Shown here piece after piece: positions 58,637-64,000 of a stretch of DNA of 64,000 nucleotides (positions are counted from its first letter, which is position 1; each line of letters begins with the position of its first letter). The notes under the pieces are model-generated. The model made no database searches. It saw only the letters and a list, made by a program, of their open reading frames with translations, and was not told where the DNA came from. This DNA comes from an uncultured Chryseobacterium sp. GTDB taxonomy: Bacteria > Bacteroidota > Bacteroidia > Flavobacteriales_C > GCA-002722245. Location: contig CAYORT010000002.1 of NCBI GenBank assembly GCA_964406465.1, forward strand, positions 58,414 through 122,413. The letters are read 5' to 3'. A program made the position numbers and the translations under genes.

Positions 58637-59193
58637 AACTTTGCATCGTGGCTGTCATTTTATCGAGTTGCTGTTTGGCTCAAAGTGACATAGTAAGAAC
58701 CGGACTCCTGCGCGCTCAACTCACTTACAGTCCGGGAATTATCCTAGAAAGCAACACCTCTCACTACTATTTGCATGGCAACCTTGAAGGATATGTTAGC
58801 AACAAAATTTCAATTGCTGGTGAAGGATATTACTACTTAACCAATGGAGGAATAAATACCGGAAATTTATCTTACAATCATTCTGGATTTTTTGGGGCTT
58901 CGTACCATTTTGGAAAGAAGATGAATGACTTTTATATTGGTCTTCAACCTGGAATTAGTGTATCAAAATTCTCAAATTCATCAAGTGGAATTGTGATTCC
59001 ACAACAAGGAATAAACCCTGTGCTATCAACCACCATAGGATACAACCTTTACTTCTTTAAATATTTTCATTTTTTTGTTCAAGGTCGTTTTATAGTGGGC
59101 CAACACAACTACTATCCTACACACTCATTGAATGAATTTCGATTTTCAGCTGGCTTAGGATTCAATGTAAATACCTTGAAAAGTTCGCTTTAA
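58624..59193 (+). CDS. Small outer-membrane beta-barrel protein, paralog
   Basis: Signal peptide MGKIKLCIVAVILSSCCLAQ. Beta-strand periodicity. A 13-nt overlap with the upstream gene suggests translational coupling. Confidence 0.45.
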   Translation: MGKIKLCIVAVILSSCCLAQSDIVRTGLLRAQLTYSPGIILESNTSHYYLHGNLEGYVSNKISIAGEGYYYLTNGGINTGNLSYNHSGFFGASYHFGKKMNDFYIGLQPGISVSKFSNSSSGIVIPQQGINPVLSTTIGYNLYFFKYFHFFVQGRFIVGQHNYYPTHSLNEFRFSAGLGFNVNTLKSSL

Positions 59194-59222
59194 AACCTAT
59201 CTTCGAATTCAAATTAATTTTT

Positions 59223-59987
59223 ATGAGAATTATTTCTTGGAATGTTAACGGAATACGCGCTGTAGCAACTAAAGGCTTTGCCAATATTGTAAGAGAAATG
59301 AATTGCGACATTATTTGTTTGCAAGAAACAAAAGCTCAAGATGACCAAGTGAGAGAAGCTGTTGCCGATCTTGAAGGTTTTCACATCTACACCAACTCGG
59401 CCGAGAAAAAAGGATATTCAAGCACAGCCATTTTTAGTAAAATAAAACCTATTGCCGTTACCAACGACATGGGTATTGCCGAGCACGATAAAGAAGGACG
59501 TGTAATTGCTGCCGAATTCGAAAAATTCTTTGTAGTAACGGTTTATGTGCCTAACTCTAAAAGCGAATTAGAAAGATTAGATTACCGTAAACAATGGGAT
59601 GCTGATTTTTTGAATTACTTAAAATCATTGGAAAAGAAAAAACCAGTGATTGTTTGCGGAGACATGAATGTTGCGCACCAAGCCATAGATTTAAAACACC
59701 CCAAAGCCAACTACAATAAATCGGCTGGCTATACCCAAATAGAAATTGATGGAATGACTAATTTCATCAACGCAGGATTAATCGATACTTACCGTCATTT
59801 TTATCCAGAAAAAATAGAATATACTTGGTGGAGTTATCGCGCTGGAGCAAGAGCTAAAAATGTGGGCTGGAGAATTGATTATTTTTTGGTGAGCAGTACG
59901 TTTTTGCCACAAGTGAAAGATTCTTTTATTTTGCATCAGGTGATGGGAAGCGATCATTGTCCGGTGGGTATCGATCTAATTTCCTGA
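59223..59987 (+). CDS. xth: Exodeoxyribonuclease III
   Basis: Motifs WNVNG, CLQETK and ...GDMNVAH...D...SDHCPV. Confidence 0.9.
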   Translation: MRIISWNVNGIRAVATKGFANIVREMNCDIICLQETKAQDDQVREAVADLEGFHIYTNSAEKKGYSSTAIFSKIKPIAVTNDMGIAEHDKEGRVIAAEFEKFFVVTVYVPNSKSELERLDYRKQWDADFLNYLKSLEKKKPVIVCGDMNVAHQAIDLKHPKANYNKSAGYTQIEIDGMTNFINAGLIDTYRHFYPEKIEYTWWSYRAGARAKNVGWRIDYFLVSSTFLPQVKDSFILHQVMGSDHCPVGIDLIS

Positions 59988-60197
59988 AGTAGTGTGAAAC
60001 GCTCTCTTTAAATCTTCAATATCATCTGCACAAGAACCTCCTACTTTAGCAAAAAATAAAAAGGCCTGAAACGACACCAGCGCTAGCACTTTATTGTTGT
60101 ATTTTCTTATGTTCTTCATATCAACCATTTGAATGTATGATATGATTAATGAAATAAAAGTTACAAGCTGTAAATTATTTTTTGATTTTCTCGGCAA
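59976..60197 (-). CDS. Possible small two-TM membrane protein in the convergent gap (speculative)
   Basis: A 73-aa ORF with two hydrophobic segments. It overlaps both neighbouring gene ends and may be spurious. Confidence 0.15.
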   Translation of the reverse strand: MPRKSKNNLQLVTFISLIISYIQMVDMKNIRKYNNKVLALVSFQAFLFFAKVGGSCADDIEDLKRAFHTTSGN

Positions 60198-61731
60198 TCT
60201 TATCGGCGCATTTTTGTCCGTCTATCGCTGCCGACATTATGCCTCCTGCGTACCCAGCACCCTCGGCACAAGGATACAATCCCTTAATTTGGATATGCTC
60301 TAAAGTTTCTTTGTCACGCGGAATTCTCACTGGAGAAGATGTTCTTGATTCAACTGCATGCAAAACAGCATCATTTGTTAAATAACCTCTCATCTTATTA
60401 CCAAAAGCTTTTAAGCCTTCTTGCAATGATCTCCATACAGCAGGGGGCAAAACTTCTCGCAAATCTACCGACGTAATACCCGGCTGATAAGAAGTAATTG
60501 GTAATTGAGAAGATGTTTTATTTTGAATAAAATCTACCATTCTTTGAGCAGGAGCTGCTTGCGACTTACCTCCCATAATGAAAGCCTTTTCTTCAACAGC
60601 TTGCTGATAATACATACCCGCTAACTCGCCATGTTTTTTAAAATCGAAATCACTTTTTTCTAAAGCCACCACGATTCCTGAATTTGCATAGGGATTGTTT
60701 CTTTTTGACGGAGACCAGCCATTGGTAACCACTTGATTGGGAGCTGTGGCACATGGCGCAATAATTCCACCCGGACACATACAAAAAGAATATACTGGTT
60801 TAATATTGGTTTGATGCACCAAACTGTAAGAAGCGGCAGGCAAAAAATCTCCCCTATTGTCACAATGGTATTGCACACTATCTATAAGGCTTTGCGGGTG
60901 TTCAATCCTTATTCCTAATGCAAAAGGCTTAGCCTCAATAGCAATATTTTTTCTATACAATAATTCAAAGATGTCTCTGGCCGAATGGCCTGTAGCTAAA
61001 ATCAAATTAGAGGTAGCTAAAGTCTTTGAACCATTGATTACAACTGCTTTCACTTCATTGTTCTCTACAACAATATCTGTTAATTTCGATTCAAACAACA
61101 CCTCACCTCCACATGCAATAATGTAATTGCGAATAGCCTCAATAATTTTAGGCAATTTATTGGTACCAATATGCGGATGTGCATCAACTAAGATTTCTTC
61201 TGAAGCCCCAAATCGAACTAAAGTTTCAAGCACCTCATTTACGTCGCCTCTTTTATTAGAACGTGTAAATAACTTGCCATCAGAGAAAGTACCGGCACCA
61301 CCTTCACCAAAACAATAATTTGATTCGGGATTTACAATATGTTTTTGATTAATTGCCGCCAAATCCCTTCTTCTCTCACGCACAGCCTTACCTCTCTCGA
61401 GAACTATTGGTTTAATATCATTTTTTATGAGTTGCAATGCAGCAAAAAGTCCGGCCGGCCCAGCGCCAACAACTACCGCTTCACGATTAGAATTCAACTT
61501 CTTAACGATTGGCGCCCCAAATCCTAAACTCGGCATGGGCTCGTCGATAAACACTTCTAAACGCAGTTGATACACTACATTTCTTTTTCGAGCATCAATT
61601 GAACGTTTCAAAACTCTTGTTTGCACAAGCGAATCGAACTTGATATTCAATTCATTTCTTGCTATTTCGGCATGATAACTTGCATCGTTCACCTCCTCTG
61701 GAGCAACACGTATGTCGATAACCTGAATCAA
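60175..61731 (-). CDS. FAD-dependent oxidoreductase (COG2509-type)
   Basis: Motif VVVGAGPAGLFAAL. 518 aa. Confidence 0.7.
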   Translation of the reverse strand: MIQVIDIRVAPEEVNDASYHAEIARNELNIKFDSLVQTRVLKRSIDARKRNVVYQLRLEVFIDEPMPSLGFGAPIVKKLNSNREAVVVGAGPAGLFAALQLIKNDIKPIVLERGKAVRERRRDLAAINQKHIVNPESNYCFGEGGAGTFSDGKLFTRSNKRGDVNEVLETLVRFGASEEILVDAHPHIGTNKLPKIIEAIRNYIIACGGEVLFESKLTDIVVENNEVKAVVINGSKTLATSNLILATGHSARDIFELLYRKNIAIEAKPFALGIRIEHPQSLIDSVQYHCDNRGDFLPAASYSLVHQTNIKPVYSFCMCPGGIIAPCATAPNQVVTNGWSPSKRNNPYANSGIVVALEKSDFDFKKHGELAGMYYQQAVEEKAFIMGGKSQAAPAQRMVDFIQNKTSSQLPITSYQPGITSVDLREVLPPAVWRSLQEGLKAFGNKMRGYLTNDAVLHAVESRTSSPVRIPRDKETLEHIQIKGLYPCAEGAGYAGGIMSAAIDGQKCADKIAEKIKK

Positions 61732-61734
61732 AGT

Positions 61735-62442
61735 TTAGCCTTCAAAAGTTAATGCTACCACAAAAGATCTCGCCTTAATTTGATCTATCAAAGTTGTATA
61801 GGCAGTTCCATCTTGAATAAGAAGATTGTTGAGGCCGTAATTAAAGATAATTTGAGGGGAAAATTTGAAATACTCAAGATACAAATCAATACCAAACCCC
61901 ACATGAGCCGATAACTCCCAAGGATTCAAACGCACTACTTTAGTGTTTTTTGCATCAACTTTTTTTAATGAAGCCATATCGAAAGCTGGCTTAAAACCAC
62001 CCATTAAATAAAATCGGCCATTGTTCACTCTTTCAGATTTATATTTAATTGAAATTGGAAAATCAAGATAAGTCGACTCCACCACTCTTTTTTGATTTTC
62101 TAATACGTTGTTTTTCACTTTTACAGAATATTCAAAGTCTCGCTGACCAAAAACCAGTGCTGGCACAAACCTTAAATCAAATCCATCTCCAAGATGAACA
62201 TCGGTCACAATTCCTAAATTAAATCCATACTGGCCGCGAACCAAGGCAGAATAAACTGTATCACTTTGTAAAAGGGTCGATTTGTATTTTACATCAACTC
62301 CCAAATTATTTACCCCGAGGTAAAAACCAAAATGCATCACTTTGGTACTCTCAAATCCAGGCAAATTTTTAATACGCTGCTTTTGCGAAAAGCCAATCTG
62401 TGCTAAGAGGATAAAGACGATATAGAATGCGATTTTTTTCAA
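61735..62442 (-). CDS. PorT/SprT-like outer-membrane beta-barrel protein (type IX secretion associated)
   Basis: Signal peptide and a 235-aa beta-barrel. It lies immediately downstream of ubiE, a synteny I recall for porT. Confidence 0.45.
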   Translation of the reverse strand: MKKIAFYIVFILLAQIGFSQKQRIKNLPGFESTKVMHFGFYLGVNNLGVDVKYKSTLLQSDTVYSALVRGQYGFNLGIVTDVHLGDGFDLRFVPALVFGQRDFEYSVKVKNNVLENQKRVVESTYLDFPISIKYKSERVNNGRFYLMGGFKPAFDMASLKKVDAKNTKVVRLNPWELSAHVGFGIDLYLEYFKFSPQIIFNYGLNNLLIQDGTAYTTLIDQIKARSFVVALTFEG

Positions 62443-63171
62443 CTATTTTTTAGCGTGATAAATGGTTGCAATACCAAACGAAACTTTGTGAATTTTTATT
62501 TCCTTAAAGCCAACTTCGCGAAGAATTTGCGCAAAATTCTCACCATCAGGAAAGGCTTGTACAGATTCGGGAAGATAAGTGTATGCGCTTGCATCTTTCG
62601 ACACCATTCGGCCGATTAGGGGCAATATTCTTTTAAAATAAAAATTGTACAATTGCTTAATTGGAAAAGCCGTTGGCTTTGAAAACTCTAATACAGCAAC
62701 CTGACCATTAGTCTTAAGCACACGATTCATCTCTGATAAGCCTTGCTTAAGATTCTCAAAATTTCTTACTCCAAAAGCTACTGTAATTGCATCGAACGTA
62801 TTGGTTTCAAAAGGCAAATTCTCACTATCGGCAACACGCAATTCTATTTTACCTTCTAACTTCTTGCTTTTTATTTTTTCAATTCCTACCTCTACCATCC
62901 CTTTCGAAATATCTACTCCTATAATTTTGTCGGGATTCAATTTTAAACACTCAATGGCAAAGTCACCGGTTCCGGTTGCTATATCTAAAAGTAATTTCGG
63001 ATTATCTTTTTTGAGCAATCTCACAGCCTTCTTTCTCCACAAGACGTCTATCCCCATCGACAAAACATGATTCAACAAATCATATTTTGGGGCAATATTA
63101 TTAAACATAGTAGCCACTTGCTCCTTTTTTGAGCCAGTTTCGCTGTAGGGTTTTACAATAGGATCAGACAT
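62443..63171 (-). CDS. ubiE: Demethylmenaquinone / ubiquinone C-methyltransferase
   Basis: SAM-binding [10 protein letters not shown]-terminal [19 protein letters not shown]. Start at ATG 63171. Confidence 0.9.
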   Translation of the reverse strand: MSDPIVKPYSETGSKKEQVATMFNNIAPKYDLLNHVLSMGIDVLWRKKAVRLLKKDNPKLLLDIATGTGDFAIECLKLNPDKIIGVDISKGMVEVGIEKIKSKKLEGKIELRVADSENLPFETNTFDAITVAFGVRNFENLKQGLSEMNRVLKTNGQVAVLEFSKPTAFPIKQLYNFYFKRILPLIGRMVSKDASAYTYLPESVQAFPDGENFAQILREVGFKEIKIHKVSFGIATIYHAKK

Positions 63172-63233
63172 GGTGTAAAAATAATACTTAAGCTCGAACA
63201 ATGAACTTTAAAGTTCAAACATTTTAAAATAAA

Positions 63234-63266
63234 AAGCCCTTCGTTGTTATGCGAAGGGCTTTTATT
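63234..63266 (-). terminator. Rho-independent terminator AAGCCCTTCG-(8 nt)-CGAAGGGCTT with flanking T/A runs
   Basis: 10-bp stem. Read on the minus strand it is followed by TTTTATTTT. It lies downstream of the MFS transporter gene. Confidence 0.75.
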
Positions 63267-63282
63267 CTATTTACAATAGCAA

Positions 63283-64000
63283 TTATTGAAATTGCTCAAG
63301 TTCTTTAGCATCAGCATCAGAGATCTTGTGACCTTTTCTACCGTAGTAGATCAAGTAACCGTAGCAAATCAAAGCAAGCGCAAAACTTAGTTTGAATCCA
63401 ACCCCCTTGAATCCGAACAATAAGATGGCGTTTTTAGCCTCATCAACACCAATTTTGTATCCTGTTGCTAAGAAAGCCAACACGAAAGGAATTACTGCAC
63501 CACCTACAACCATGGTAATCATGATACCAGAACCTGACGCTGTTTTAGTACCCAATTTATTAATACCAAGTGGGAAAATAGATGGCCACATAACAGAGTT
63601 GAACAAACCAACCAACATCAATAAAACAGCTGAAATTGGAACTACGATATCTTTAAAGTGAATACCGTATTCTTGAGTAACACAGTCTCTACCCATTTCT
63701 AAAACAGGAACAGTAACCTTGTGCTCCATGAAAATACCAACCATGCTTAAAGCTACCAGCATGAAAGCGATAGAAGCAACAATCACAAGTAATTTCTCTG
63801 CTTTCAATTTTTGAGCAATAAAACTACCTACAAATCGACCAATCATAGCACTACCCCAGTAGTAGGCAAGAAAACTTGCTCCTAATTTCTCTGGAATATT
63901 ACCCATTTCTTCTGTTTGAAGATACAGAATCAATAAACTTCCAATTGCTACCTCAGCTCCAACGTAGTAGAAAATAGAATAAGCACCTTTTCTAAGATGG
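63283..64000 (-). CDS. MFS sugar:H+ symporter (FucP/GluP-like), 5'-truncated by the window edge
   Basis: The ORF stays open to the window edge in the same frame (...RKGAYSIFYYVGAEVAIGS...), with MFS TM helices. The TTG at 63933 is an ORF-finder artefact. Confidence 0.7.
   Translation of the reverse strand, partial: HLRKGAYSIFYYVGAEVAIGSLLILYLQTEEMGNIPEKLGASFLAYYWGSAMIGRFVGSFIAQKLKAEKLLVIVASIAFMLVALSMVGIFMEHKVTVPVLEMGRDCVTQEYGIHFKDIVVPISAVLLMLVGLFNSVMWPSIFPLGINKLGTKTASGSGIMITMVVGGAVIPFVLAFLATGYKIGVDEAKNAILLFGFKGVGFKLSFALALICYGYLIYYGRKGHKISDADAKELEQFQ

Noticed and set aside
1-64000. A search for tRNA, rRNA, tmRNA, SRP RNA, RNase P RNA, CRISPR repeats, transposases and integrases
   Set aside because: No intergenic gap exceeds about 320 bp. 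None shows a tRNA cloverleaf, conserved SRP/RNase P motifs or a periodic repeat. No coding sequence shows transposase or integrase motifs.

Overview
This is a dense, low-GC (about 35%) Bacteroidota chromosomal segment that looks Flavobacteriia-like, with roughly 65 genes and almost no non-coding space. Supporting the taxonomy call are the AT-rich composition, Bacteroidota gene families (PorE-like TPR/PD40/OmpA proteins, PorT-like barrel next to ubiE, DUF4143 ATPase, Reg_prop/Y_Y_Y LytS-type kinase with LytTR regulator, GT39) and TAnnTTTG-like -7 boxes. Most content is housekeeping: aroC, tsaD, trxB, recR, recA with bcp, pepD, xth, ubiE, a lipoamide acyltransferase E2, an ABC-F ATPase, a cold-shock protein and a Crp/Fnr regulator. 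A thiol/sulfur-redox theme recurs in three places: trxB followed by a DsbA-like gene; a rhodanese/OsmC/rhodanese-thioredoxin cluster; and a TlpA operon with bcp-recA nearby. Envelope and type IX secretion-linked proteins are prominent: three PorE-like TPR/beta-propeller/OmpA_C paralogs, an AsmA-like giant protein, a PorT-like barrel and several small outer-membrane beta-barrels. I found no tRNA, rRNA, CRISPR array, transposase or integrase, and no gene I could positively assign to a defence system. The second-look items are: (i) a roughly 48-nt REP-like repeat family in three copies in the first 1.9 kb, two of them flanking one gene in inverted orientation; (ii) a perfect 35-bp inverted-repeat element between convergent genes at 37.7 kb that shares an AATTGCATT core with (i); (iii) the split DUF2892/rhodanese/OsmC/rhodanese-Trx sulfur-trafficking cluster; (iv) a GT2-membrane-degenerate sugar-phosphotransferase fusion; (v) a SerB-SerA fusion; (vi) an in-frame TGA that splits an otherwise canonical signal peptide of a MORN/TPR protein; and (vii) a two-gene hypothetical secreted/cytoplasmic module. 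All domain and family calls below come from reading the motifs by eye, not from running HMM searches, so each needs a database check.
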